Shown: piece by piece, positions 23,689-34,644 of the stretch
How positions within the stretch are numbered: position 1 is the first letter of the stretch
How the letters are laid out: every line of letters starts with the position of its first letter
Source of the DNA: Neodothiora populina
Lineage: Eukaryota
NCBI RefSeq assembly: GCF_041146345.1
Contig: NW_027191414.1
Location: 558,001 to 622,000 of the forward strand
Reading direction: 5' to 3'
DNA length: 64,000 bases
Translations under genes and position numbers: made by a program
The notes under the pieces: model-generated
What the model was told of the DNA's origin: nothing
Seen by the model: the letters and a program-made list of their open reading frames with translations, nothing else
Databases searched by the model: none

Positions 23689-24207
23689 ATGCGTTTCTTC
23701 GTCATTACCGCACTTGCAGCTCTTGCTGTCGCTCAAGGCACATCCACCGCGAGCTCTGCATCGTCTTCCACATCAGTATCTCCATCTTGCGCTGCTGGAC
23801 AATCCACGTGTAACGGCGTCTGCTTCGACTCTACTGCCTACACCTGCTGCTCGTCGGGTCTTTGTGCATCTGGCAGTTACTGCGGTCAAGACTCTAACGG
23901 CAATGAAGCATGTTGTGCTCAGAACACTGCCGGCACCTGCAGTGCAGCTTCTACTCCTACCTCGTTGAGCCAGGGAGCCACATTGACCTCGGGCGCCTCC
24001 ACCGCAAGCGCCACCGGCTCATCCACCCAGAGCACGTCCGGTAGCGCGTCAACCACTCGATCATCGACTACTGCTGCCTCGTCGGCCGCCTCATCCGCAG
24101 CCGCAAACAGCTCATCATCATCTGGCGCTGCAGCTGGCCATGCCGAGAGCTGGCTATCCAACGCCGTGACCTATGTCGCAGGCGGTCTTCTCGCCATCGC
24201 TTTGTAA
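23689..24207 (+). CDS. GPI-anchored Cys-rich cell-wall protein (10-Cys domain, Ser/Thr stalk)
   Basis: Signal peptide MRFFVITALAALAVAQ; C-C-C-CC-C-C-CC-C module; Ser/Thr/Ala-rich stalk; SSGAA omega-like site and hydrophobic tail VAGGLLAIAL. Confidence 0.85.
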   Translation: MRFFVITALAALAVAQGTSTASSASSSTSVSPSCAAGQSTCNGVCFDSTAYTCCSSGLCASGSYCGQDSNGNEACCAQNTAGTCSAASTPTSLSQGATLTSGASTASATGSSTQSTSGSASTTRSSTTAASSAASSAAANSSSSSGAAAGHAESWLSNAVTYVAGGLLAIAL

Positions 24208-24531
24208 AAGTCTTCCAAACTCATCTGGAACTCTGGAATCTCTGGCGCAAGGGAGATCATTATCTTGATCACGCAGTGGCTGAATATGGCCGGATAACAT
24301 CTGCTTAATGAGAGGAGGTTGTATAGATATGGTGTTCTGGGATGCATTTCATTATTCAGATTGGATATGATGTTCGTCATGGGATGTAAAAGCTATATAC
24401 CAGCGCGCACTTGCGCATTTTATCGATATATGTTCTTTCCTTGTCAAATTATTTCTAAGGTCATCAGTGCGGTGACAACTGCGACTTGCCTTCTTCATCA
24501 AGATCGGTCGATATAGTGACTTTATCGCCAC

Positions 24532-25100
24532 ATGGTCTTACATACACCATCACTATAACACAACTTACCTCATCATCTATAAGTGTACAAACAACTTCAC
24601 CGTAGTAAAACCAATCCTACTACACAACCTGGAGTTCCTATTCAACCAATCAACCGACACAGAAGTCACCGCCACGACAGACCTATCGTCATCATCACCA
24701 ACATCCTCAACGACACAAAAAGACAACTCCAGCATCACGTCTCCGTCAGCAGCTGCACCACCTCCACCGCAGTCTACAGACATCGAGCCCGCACCCTCGC
24801 AGAGACTCAAACGAGCAATACTCCTGAACCGTCTTGGAGCGCAATATACTAAGACTTCGCTGCGGGACAGCGTACATGGCGCTCTGCATGTGACGCAATC
24901 GCAGGCGAGCGATGACACGGCGGGAGAGGGAGAGTCTAAGTCGAAGTCAAAGTCGAAGTCGTGATTTCGTAGGCTTGGAGACGCTGTTGTCGATGTCTTT
25001 GCAAGAGGATCTCATGGTCTACTTTGGGAGGAGAGAGACTCGATGGCTGGACGACGATGGTGTTAATATGACGAGGGATAATTGGAAACCTGATTTATGA
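24532..25100 (+). pseudogene. Probable decayed gene of unknown family
   Basis: Long ATG-less open frame (YKCTNNFTVVKPILLHNLEFLFN...LKRAILLNRLGAQYTKTSLRDSVHGALHVTQ) lying 1 nt out of frame with ATG 24532, ending near 24963; a second frame continues to 25100. Confidence 0.3.
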
Positions 25101-25944
25101 AGAAAACGTCGAGGAACCTAGACTCCTTGGTCATAGGCTGTTGTGGATGCCGGGGAGCTCTTTGTCGTGGGCGTGGGACGTAGACTGCTAAGAAAATCGA
25201 GCGATGCAGCTCCTGAGGACGTTATCACTATATCACTATGTCCAAGTCTCATGTGGGACTGGGAGGAGAGAACCTGTGTATTTGCTATAGACGGACGGAA
25301 GACAAGCACTTAAATCAGCTTGTTCCATGGTGTCATCGATACATGGTGATTGGATGTGATAGCTTGTTCTTGGAAGCACGATAGTCCTTCTAGTCGAGAT
25401 TAGACTTCAAAGCTCTCAAGCAGTGAGCGGTCAAAAAAGATCCTCAAGACCTATATGTCAAATGTTTCGCAGAGTCGAGTATGAGTAAGTGCACATATCA
25501 TTATTATTAGAATTATTAATTATCTATACCGGGTTCGTCCATGGACAGTCATCCCCAGCAGAAGGTATATCTCCATTCCTATATCTCGTCTTTCTCGTGA
25601 GGGAACGGGCTGTGTCTTCGTTCCCTCGATAGATTTTCCTCCCTTGCAAAGTGAAAAAGTGAAAGAGCGAACAGATACTGTAAGCTGCTCTCTATGCGTG
25701 AGCGTGATATACGACTTTTGTCGTAGACAAAAAGAATAAAAAAAATGTAAAGAAATATCGTTCCTGCCCCCCAATATATGTTATTGTCTTCAGTCGTGAA
25801 AACATCAATGTGTTTGTACCTGTCAAGATGATGATTAATCATCGACGGGAAGCCGTAATGCATCGCTGTTAAATGCTAGTGAAATTGAGAACCGAAGTTG
25901 AAGTAGGAAACAAAAGGTGTAAGATGGTCAGGTGAGCAGGTGAT

Positions 25945-28723
25945 TCAGTCCCTCACTACCATCTCGCCACCTCGGCCGGGTCGACCAATCTTGTCGATGC
26001 CGAGCCACTCTCGGCCGTCGCGACCAATGTATCGACCGAAGCCGTATTGAGGCTGCACCAGCGGTCCCATAGACCCACCAGACAGGCGTGTCTCGGCCTG
26101 GGCGTCTCGACGTGCTTGCGCGATTCCACGCAAGGAATCGGCGATCGAGGCTTTGCTCGCGGTTGCTGCAGGCGGTGCTGCACCTATGGCGCCAGCGGCG
26201 GCGCGCTTCTCTTGATCGTGAATGCTGACCCTGTTGCCTGATCGAGCAGAGAGCAAGCGGGTGACGAGGGCGACCTTGGATCCAGGAGCATGGAATTCCG
26301 GGTCGTCGAGGATCTTGCTCTGGTGAACAAACGCGATCAGATCGGCAAGGCAGCGACCGTTGTTTGGCAATCTGCGCAGTTTGCCCGGGAAGACAAGAGC
26401 GTATGCCAGGCAGTAGAGAACGAAGAAAACAGTAAGGGCGTAATAGGCAGACATGTGGGAGTAGACGTTGACGCGTTGCTGGCTCACGGAGAATTGTGAC
26501 CAGAAGACTCCACCTGCGAGTACGGGCAGAATTGCAGCAATGAGGGTAGTAAGACTGATTGCAGCGACACGAAAGTGTTTGTTGACCGTAGCTTGGAGTG
26601 TGACGAGTATTGGTGCGTCGGCATTGTAGGAAAGCAGCAAAGATTTTTCGGCAACCTCACCGCCCGGAGTGCTCAGAGCAGCATATGGTTGAAGACGACG
26701 AAATGCAAGGTCGAAAGGTTGCCAAACTAGCAGACACAGAAGTCCTAGCAGTGATGGGATGAAGGAGTAGAGGAAGTTGGTCGCGCTGAAGCCAAAGTTG
26801 CCTTGGACCACGGAGAGTTGCGGGTTGAAGCCAGCACTAACGCGAGTCTGTGGGAGGTACGAGACAATCAAAAACGCGAGTAGGAGAACAACCGCTAGGA
26901 TGAGCCATAAGGCTACCAATGGTGTGCGCAAAAACCATAGAATATGTGATTGCCAAGACTCGGCCATGTCCTGAGGGAGTACTGGGTCCGTTGTGTTATA
27001 AGTCCCTGTGGAATACTCACTGAACGGACGGCCACCTTCTGCGTCGTCGTATGTAGTAGAGTATCTTTCAGACCGTCGGACGTTTTCCCCGCCTACCCTT
27101 CTCGAGGGTCGATTGGGCGCTCCAAGAGTATGGACCACCTCATTGGGACGAAGCGAGCTGTGGAAGTAACCAAGCATATCATCTCGGGCAGAAATCGTCT
27201 CCCGGACCTCGTCTTTGGCAGTAACCAAAGGGTAGTACGCGTAGCTGTCAAGGGTGTTGCTGGCCTGAATTATAGTGATGAGGTCGGCGAGACTACAAGC
27301 ATCCCATTTCAGTCCTGTCTGTCGTCGATGTAGGTAAAAGAAAAGTACAACTGATGCAACAAGTAGCAGTATGTAAAGGACGATGACGGTCCAGATGACG
27401 CCTTGTGTAGCGAGCCAAACCCAACGACCATCTTGGAAGTAAACATTGAATGATGAGCCAAGTAGAGGGATGGTAAGGAGACTCAGCCAGCTGGCGAAGA
27501 GAAAGAGAGTGACCGCCGGCTGACCGGCTTTGACGTGGGTGAAGCTCGGCATGAGAAAGTTCGAGGGCGAGAGTGGCAGAAACACTCCATGACTTCTGGT
27601 AACGGACGTCTTCGATGACAGAGCAATGAATGGAGCAACGCGGTAGACAGCGCATTCGATCTCGAATAGCCAGAGAAGAAGAGCCATGCCGAGCATTGTA
27701 GGCAAGTATTGCCAGAGAAAGTATCGCCCGTCGCCTAGCTGACCATACTCCGAGAGTCCTGTCTTCACCCTTGACCAGATTGCGCAAAACAACAGACATA
27801 TAAGATATGCAGTGAGAAGGGAGATGAACAAGGACAGGCCAAGCGGTCGAAGAATCCGCGGTAATGCTGTCAAAGGCTGATGAAAAGAGTCGGTTGCTGG
27901 GTCGAATGGCATCAGCAAACTAGGAAGAGGCGAAGAGGTTGAATTGTCAGGCGAATGGGTAACGCTCCTCCGTGGGCTTCGTGGCGGAATTGGCGGTGAA
28001 GTTGTGTCTCTTCGATTTACTGGATGACTCCTCAGGGGGCTGTTCTTCTCAAACATAAACGGGCCCAGATCGGGTTTGTCTTCGTACGATTGGTTAAGTG
28101 GTATTCTCTCGCCTCGCTCGTTAGGGCCATTGGTAATCTGATCGAGTGCGAACCGGATGTAAGGAGCGTCCGACGTTTCCGGAGAGGGCGGCTGAGGGGC
28201 ATAGGCCGCTTGCTTCATTGCTGAGCTCTCTACAGGGACTGCAGAATACCTGATACTTGAACGTGGTGAGTCCTCGTATACTATACTCGGTACGGGTTTC
28301 CTTCGGATAGTGGCGCTACTGCCTATTTCGGACTCATCCCTTCGCCTTCTGCCGATTCCCCTCATGGGTGTTATACGTGGTAATTCGACCTGACGGACTT
28401 CGACTGGCGTTGCGATTCCTTCATAGCTTACTCTGGGAGGACTTGGTCTTCGTGACGGGGCTGTTAAAAATCGCTCTATGTGTGGTCTTGGAGGCGAGCG
28501 TGGGGTTGGGTGTACACGTCGTTCTCCCGAAGCAGTCGATGATCCAGATCTGGAAGATAGTGAATAGAAATCCTCTGAGGCTGCAAGTGATTGTTGCGAT
28601 GTCGTTCGTTGTATTGATGGTTGCGACACTGTCGTTAATCAGTAAAATAACTTGACAAAGTTGTCGCTATGAGCAATTACCATTTGTGTGTTTGAGATGC
28701 AGTGAGTCGCCTAGAGCCGCCAT
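25945..28723 (-). CDS. DUF3433-type multi-pass membrane protein with disordered N-terminus
   Basis: Exon 28723-28681 (MAALGDSLHLKHTN), intron 28680-28629 (GTAATT..CTGAT..CAG), exon 28628-25945. Two similar TM blocks (WQYLPT...RVAPFIAL; YSFIPS...RRLQPYAAL...SLLLSY) and TGLKWD..SLAD. Confidence 0.85.
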
Positions 28724-29604
28724 GATCGATTTTTCAACGTCGATGACGACCGTGGTAACGTGCAAAACGTGAGGTAACGGGAAGTGAGACTGAGGTATGA
28801 AGATAAAGAGCGTTATAGCCCAACGTGCGAACACCTACATCTTTTTCTTCTCACCTGGTGGTGGACATTGCTATAGTCTTTCGTGTGGCCGGCTAGGGAG
28901 GCTGGAAGCCCAACCACCCCCGTCCAAATGCTCCGCCTACATTATACGATGCATCGTGGGCACATAAGAGTCATAACACTGTTCTAATTCATGTCTTTGT
29001 CGCTCTAGAGCCCAACATGTGCTACATAATGCCGGGCATGTGACGACTGTCAAGACTCTGTCCTCAAAAACACATTGCCGTGGTCAACATGGTTTGTATA
29101 CATCCCAATTACCTGTAGATGAAACATTCGCGCGGCATACGCGTCGTCGTACCAAGGTGCGCATTTGGCGACGATCCCTGGAGATTGGTGCCAAGAGGTT
29201 GGCTATGCTGATCTGCCTCAAACTCTATCTCACTTTTCCCCGCCAATAGCCGCTCAACTATTTCAGGTACTTCACATAGTAGGGTGCAGTAGGTCGATGG
29301 AGCATCATGCCCAGTTAGTAGGCCTCGCCTCGCGTTCACTAGCCTTCTCAAGTGACAAGTCCAGGCCATGAAATACCGTGGTCCTTACAACCGTCCCTAG
29401 ACTCCTTCTATGTCGAGTATCATGAGTTTCTGACGTTAGGCCACCCGATACCTTGGTACAATATGCGACCCTTGCTGAGAGACTTGGCTCAAGGATGGAA
29501 CTCCTCTTGGACGGCGCTGGGTATATAACCATGGTATTTACCCATTTTATCGTGTCGAAGTCTCGTCTTACACTCAACATTGAAATCCTGAAGTCGTACA
29601 AGCA

Positions 29605-30471
29605 ATGAATAGCGGCAAAATGTCAGCGAGCAAACAAAAGGTCCTCATCACTGGCTGCTCGGACGGAGGTCTGGGTGCTGCTCTCGCTGTAGCATTTCAC
29701 ACTGCTGGCCTGCACGTCTATGCTACCGCCAGAAACCCTTCCAAGATGGCACATCTTAGATCACTCGGTATCGAGACGATGACGCTAGATGTGTTGTCTG
29801 ATGCGTCAATTGCCGCCTGTGTAAGCCAGATATCAGAACTCGACATCCTTGTCAACAATGCTGGAGCTGCTTACTTCATGCCAATTTCTGATATCTCCTT
29901 GGACGAGGCGAAAAAGCTATTCGATCTTAACGTGTGGTCCTTCCTTGCCATGTATCAGGCCTTCCTACCGTTACTGCTCAAGTCGAAGGGAATAATTGTC
30001 AACCACACGTCGATCGCGTCCGTCGTCACCATACCCTTCCAGTCTGTTTACCATGCCTCGAAAGCTGCAATGGCGATGTTTTCTGACTCTCAACGTCTGG
30101 AATTAAAACCCTTTGGGGTCAGAGTTGTCGATCTAAAGAGTGGGGCAGTCATAAGCAACATCATGGAGAATCAAGCTGCGACAGCATATCCATTACCAAA
30201 GAACTCTATTTACGCACCATACGCGGATAAGATAGACATCACCGGAAAGAGAACCATGGACAATGCTATGCCCGCGGACAAGTGGGCTAACCAGGTTGTG
30301 CGTAACTTACTGAAGGAAAGCCCCCCATCAACCATTTGGACAAATGTCTACCAAGCTTTTCTCGTGAGACTCTCAATGCTTCTACCTTTCGGCTGGTTCG
30401 ATGGTTTTGCTAAAAGCATGGTCGGATTGGATGTTGTTGAAAAGATTGCTCAAAGACCAAAGTCCGACTAG
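29605..30471 (+). CDS. Short-chain dehydrogenase/reductase, Ayr1-like (start may be 29620)
   Basis: VLITGCSDGGLG, LDILVNNAG, catalytic YHASK, RLELKPFGVRVV. Confidence 0.92.
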   Translation: MNSGKMSASKQKVLITGCSDGGLGAALAVAFHTAGLHVYATARNPSKMAHLRSLGIETMTLDVLSDASIAACVSQISELDILVNNAGAAYFMPISDISLDEAKKLFDLNVWSFLAMYQAFLPLLLKSKGIIVNHTSIASVVTIPFQSVYHASKAAMAMFSDSQRLELKPFGVRVVDLKSGAVISNIMENQAATAYPLPKNSIYAPYADKIDITGKRTMDNAMPADKWANQVVRNLLKESPPSTIWTNVYQAFLVRLSMLLPFGWFDGFAKSMVGLDVVEKIAQRPKSD

Positions 30472-31029
30472 CATTAGTATAGCCTCGGCGTCGTCTCTCC
30501 ATCAATGTGGATCACGCATAGGAGACACATTAGCGATATTTGTGAATATCCGACAAGTGGTACAGTGTATACGTTGTGGGTTGAAAGGTGTTTTTATGAG
30601 CTGCAGCACTCGACAGAAATGTCTAAAGATCGTATTTATTCGAGTATTATTTTCTGTATATTAATATCACAAGATGTTGGTGGCCGCAAATTCGATCCTC
30701 TTTCAGCTTCTCCGCGCTGCCAAGAAAGAGTCCGCACTACTGTACAACCCAAAGTACCTACGATGTCGGTCCGCCGTGCTTTTCGTTCCACACAAAAACC
30801 TTGAGTTCGATGCTGTCAGATCGCATCCGGTGGGAAGCGGGACAGCCTGTGATTCATCACTGAATATAGTAAACTATCAACCTATGAAATTTCTGTCATT
30901 CAGTCTTACACAGACTTCATGATCTGATGATTTACGTCCAACGAACGATTGAACTCATAGCTTGCTTTGCACTTGCAAGAATGACGCGATGAGCCGTGTT
31001 CTAGTAATCCTCTACGTGCCATTTAAAAA

Positions 31030-32529
31030 ATGTACGGCAACAGACCTCGAATAATCATGCCTTCGAACATATCAAGTCGAGCACCACTTCCGGAAGCAGT
31101 GCCGTTGCGGGACTTCTCGCCGCCAGCATCGGTCTTATCAGATGACTTTGACCGTTTACTATCTGAAGACGACCTCGCATCAGAAAGCGACATAGATCTA
31201 AACTTTTCCCAATCCTCAGCTCGTAACTTGCCTCCTGTCGATAGCGGCAGACATGCGTGGACTTTCCTCGCCGTGTGTTGGCTCATGGAAGCTTGTCTCT
31301 GGGGGTTCCCTTTAGCATTTGGTGTGTTCCAACAGCACTACTCGGTTCATCCGCTCTTCTCTGGAAGCGAGAGCATTCCTTCCATCGGAACTTTGGCAAC
31401 AGGCGTATCATATCTAGGCATGCCATTCACAAATGTAGTCGTGCTTCGTTGGCCCCATTACCAACGACACATGTGCTTCGCTGGCTGGCTCCTCTGTGTG
31501 TTCGGACTGGTCGCAGCTAGTTTTGCCACCAAAGTGTGGCAACTAATAATGTTCCAGGGATTCATATATGGAGCGGGATGGGTAGTGTGCTATACACCGT
31601 TCCTATTCATGCTGAATGGATGGTTTGTCGAGAGACGAGGACTTGCATATGGTATACTATTTGGGGCCAGCGGAGTCAGCGGACTGTTCATACCCATCGC
31701 TGTCGGCGCTCTACTAGACCGATTCGACTTTGAGATAACTCTAAGAGTCTATGCTATCATCACCATCATGATCAGCGGACCAGGCTTTCTGCTTCTCAGA
31801 CCGCGCATACCGCCATCGGTCCCTTCGTCTGCGCCCTCATCTTCCCACTCTCACACTATCAAGGAGGATATCCGTCTCGAAGGTCATGTGCTAAACCAAA
31901 GAGCATTCTTCACTACGGAAATGCAGCGTATCATAAAGTCCCCCCACTTCATCATATTTGCCCTTGCAATATTCACCCAGGGTCTCTCATTCTTCCTCCC
32001 CAACATCTTCCTCCTAACATACGCAAACACTCTTTCTCTCGCACCCACGGCCTCCAACTCCCTCCTCACACTCACCGCTCTGAGTCAAGTCGCTGGACAG
32101 ATTGTCATCGGCTACATCAGCGACATTTTTCCCCCACACATCCCCACCTCTCTCTCGTCTCTCTTCTCGGGCCTCTCGGCAGTAATACTCTGGGGCAACG
32201 CGAAAGGAATGAACCTCCTCGTACCCTTTGCACTTGTCTGGGGCTTTTGGAGCGCGAGCTACAGCGTGCTCTATAGCTCGATCTGCAGCTTTTTGACACA
32301 GGACCCCGACGTAGGCATGATGCTATACGGCATTTTCAGCTTTGAGAGAGGCTTGGCTAATGTCATCGAGGGACCTGTGGGAGGCTGGCTCGTCGGTGTT
32401 GGAGACGAAGGCGTGGACTTCGAGGCGTATGCTTTGGGCAGATACAGAAGTGTCGTCCTGTTCACTGCGGGTTGTATGTTTGCCAGCTCGTTGGGTATTG
32501 TCGGATTGGCTTTCCGGAAGAGGACATAG
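31030..32529 (+). CDS. MFS transporter, monocarboxylate porter (Mch-like) family; start may be 31057
   Basis: Intronless, ~12 hydrophobic segments; LPPVDSGRHAWTFL, AFGVFQQHY, WFVERRGLAYG, GYISD. Confidence 0.9.
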   Translation: MYGNRPRIIMPSNISSRAPLPEAVPLRDFSPPASVLSDDFDRLLSEDDLASESDIDLNFSQSSARNLPPVDSGRHAWTFLAVCWLMEACLWGFPLAFGVFQQHYSVHPLFSGSESIPSIGTLATGVSYLGMPFTNVVVLRWPHYQRHMCFAGWLLCVFGLVAASFATKVWQLIMFQGFIYGAGWVVCYTPFLFMLNGWFVERRGLAYGILFGASGVSGLFIPIAVGALLDRFDFEITLRVYAIITIMISGPGFLLLRPRIPPSVPSSAPSSSHSHTIKEDIRLEGHVLNQRAFFTTEMQRIIKSPHFIIFALAIFTQGLSFFLPNIFLLTYANTLSLAPTASNSLLTLTALSQVAGQIVIGYISDIFPPHIPTSLSSLFSGLSAVILWGNAKGMNLLVPFALVWGFWSASYSVLYSSICSFLTQDPDVGMMLYGIFSFERGLANVIEGPVGGWLVGVGDEGVDFEAYALGRYRSVVLFTAGCMFASSLGIVGLAFRKRT

Positions 32530-33181
32530 TGGAGTTGTCCATTAGTCTGATCATCATTTGTTTTGGAGCGCGGGACGAATAAACGATACACGGAAAGGGA
32601 AGACATTCGTGTGCGCGTCTCTACATTCATGACTGTAAATGCAGCACCTCCTTGCGTCTCGTTCGAACTCGGTCGAGAGGGCAACCTCTGTCCATTTAGA
32701 TACACATTCACTATTCAGACTTCCTACTATGACATACGAATAATGTATCCAAACAAGTTGACATTCTCTTGCTTCAATACCCGTCTATATTCTGTTCATT
32801 TCTTCTTGCCTTGGCCTGATGTTTGTAAGGTTTTTTGTGCGACAGATCTACCTCTCGATGTGTTCGGATGTTGCACATTTCAAGATTCATGCTGCAAGCG
32901 TTTCTCCAAATATTGAAGGATGTCTCACGACAATGACCTCCCCTCTTAGTCAACGGGTGAGTAAGCTCACTCACCTGCGTCGTCGAAACTGTGATTTCTA
33001 TTCTAGATGCGGACTTGACGGGGCCTTCATGGTTGATATTGGATGTGTACATATCTGTTTGAACTTGACAGGAAGGGCCAGCCTAGCTATATCCCGAAAC
33101 CGAGTCTTTCAATTTCGTGGACTCTCTTGTAGTCTTGAGCGGCGTGAGAAAGACTCACGTTGAACCCGTTTATTGGGTTTT

Positions 33182-34294
33182 TCAGTAGTCATCGCCGTAC
33201 TTGTCGATCAATCCCTTCATGATCCTCGCAGCACCACTTCTATATCCACCACCAAACATGGCATAATGATTTAAACGATGATACAACTCGTACAGATCCA
33301 CACGGTCCTTGTACTCCTCCACAGGCTCCGTCTTAGGCACCAACTTATGATACTCGCTGAAGAAGTCCCGTCCAAACCCGCCAAACATGTTCATGATACC
33401 GAGTTCGAACTCGGAATGCGCGTACACGGCACTGGAGTCGAAGATGACGTCCTCGGAGTCCTGCATACCAGGTAACTTACCCTTGGACGCATTACCGGAC
33501 CATAGGTCTCCGTGGACGACGACCGGTGTCACGCCCTTGCCGTCGTTGAGGTGGTCGTCGCCCAGCAGTCGAGGGACGACTTTGTACGCTGTGGTTTCGA
33601 TCATCTGTCGTAGTTCGCGGTCGGAGCCGTTGGATGCTTCCGAGCGCTTGAGGATGAACATTAGTCTGTTCTCGGCGTAGAAGTCCGCCCAGCTGGACTT
33701 GTAGCTGTTTCCTTGCGGAGTGTCGCCACAGCACGTCGTTGCGGGGAACCCGAATTGCGGTCTGTTGTAGCCTTGAGGAGTTGGTGCTGGAGTAGTGTGG
33801 AGCTTGGCTAGCTTGGCTGCTAGCGAAGGTGCAGATGAAGAGGATGAAGAGCTGCCGAACCGTGGAGAAAGATCCAAGAAATCGGTCACCAGGAAGTGTT
33901 TCGATGAGTTCTCACCGAACTTTCCATGACCATAAGATCGAGGACACAAGGTCGGCACGACATCGTGGATGGCCTTCATCGAGGCATGTACGCCTATAGT
34001 TCATGTTAATTTATGCCCTGAGAAAATACTTGATTTTGATTTGGTACCCATAGACTAACCTTTAAACATGGTTTCGGCATCTTTGCCAGATCCACTTTTC
34101 ATAAAATACTTCTTCTCACTACCGTCAGGTAATGTTGCTGTTATCTTCGATGTTGACGCCGAACTGCAGCCTCCCTCACCTGCCGAGGATACTGAAGCAT
34201 TGGCGGGGTCAAGTCCAAGTAGTTCGATGATGGCTGAGTCGAGATTCATGGTGGCTGTGGTCGCGAATGATCTCCGTAATTGACGTGAAAGCAT
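33182..34294 (-). CDS. Fructosamine/ketosamine-3-kinase family protein; alternative start at 34249
   Basis: Exon 34294-34060, intron 34059-33994 (GTTAGT..TAG), exon 33993-33182. YFMK, LAKLH, FGFPATTCCGDTPQ, HGDLWSGN, IFD..AVYAHSEFELG, LYELYHRLNH. Confidence 0.93.
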
Positions 34295-34644
34295 CGAGGT
34301 TGGACCATGACTGAAATCAGAGACACAGACGGGCAAGTATGTCAAGCCGTAATTCACTAGACAGACCGCCTTTGGATGATCTAATCAGCTCGCAATAATA
34401 AGGTGTTGCCAGGGTGTTGCTTCAGATGCTGGGGATGTGATGTCAATTCCCCATAACGCCAAGAATAAATGTGTAAGCTCGCTCTATATCCGCTCGGCAG
34501 AAGGACGTCAATGATTACTCAACATCATGCCTGTATCATGCGAAACAGACGCTTGTAAATGTATGGCTGACTTCAATTGTATATCATATTAATGTCGTGA
34601 AGCGACTTCAATGCTATCTACCAGGATCCCTCGGTCTCAGCATT

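Noticed and set aside
28627..28629. GTG start for the DUF3433 gene as in the ORF track
   Set aside because: An upstream ATG exon (28723-28681) and canonical intron explain it.
30676..30710. tRNA-like TTCGATCC motif
   Set aside because: No cloverleaf stems could be built around it.
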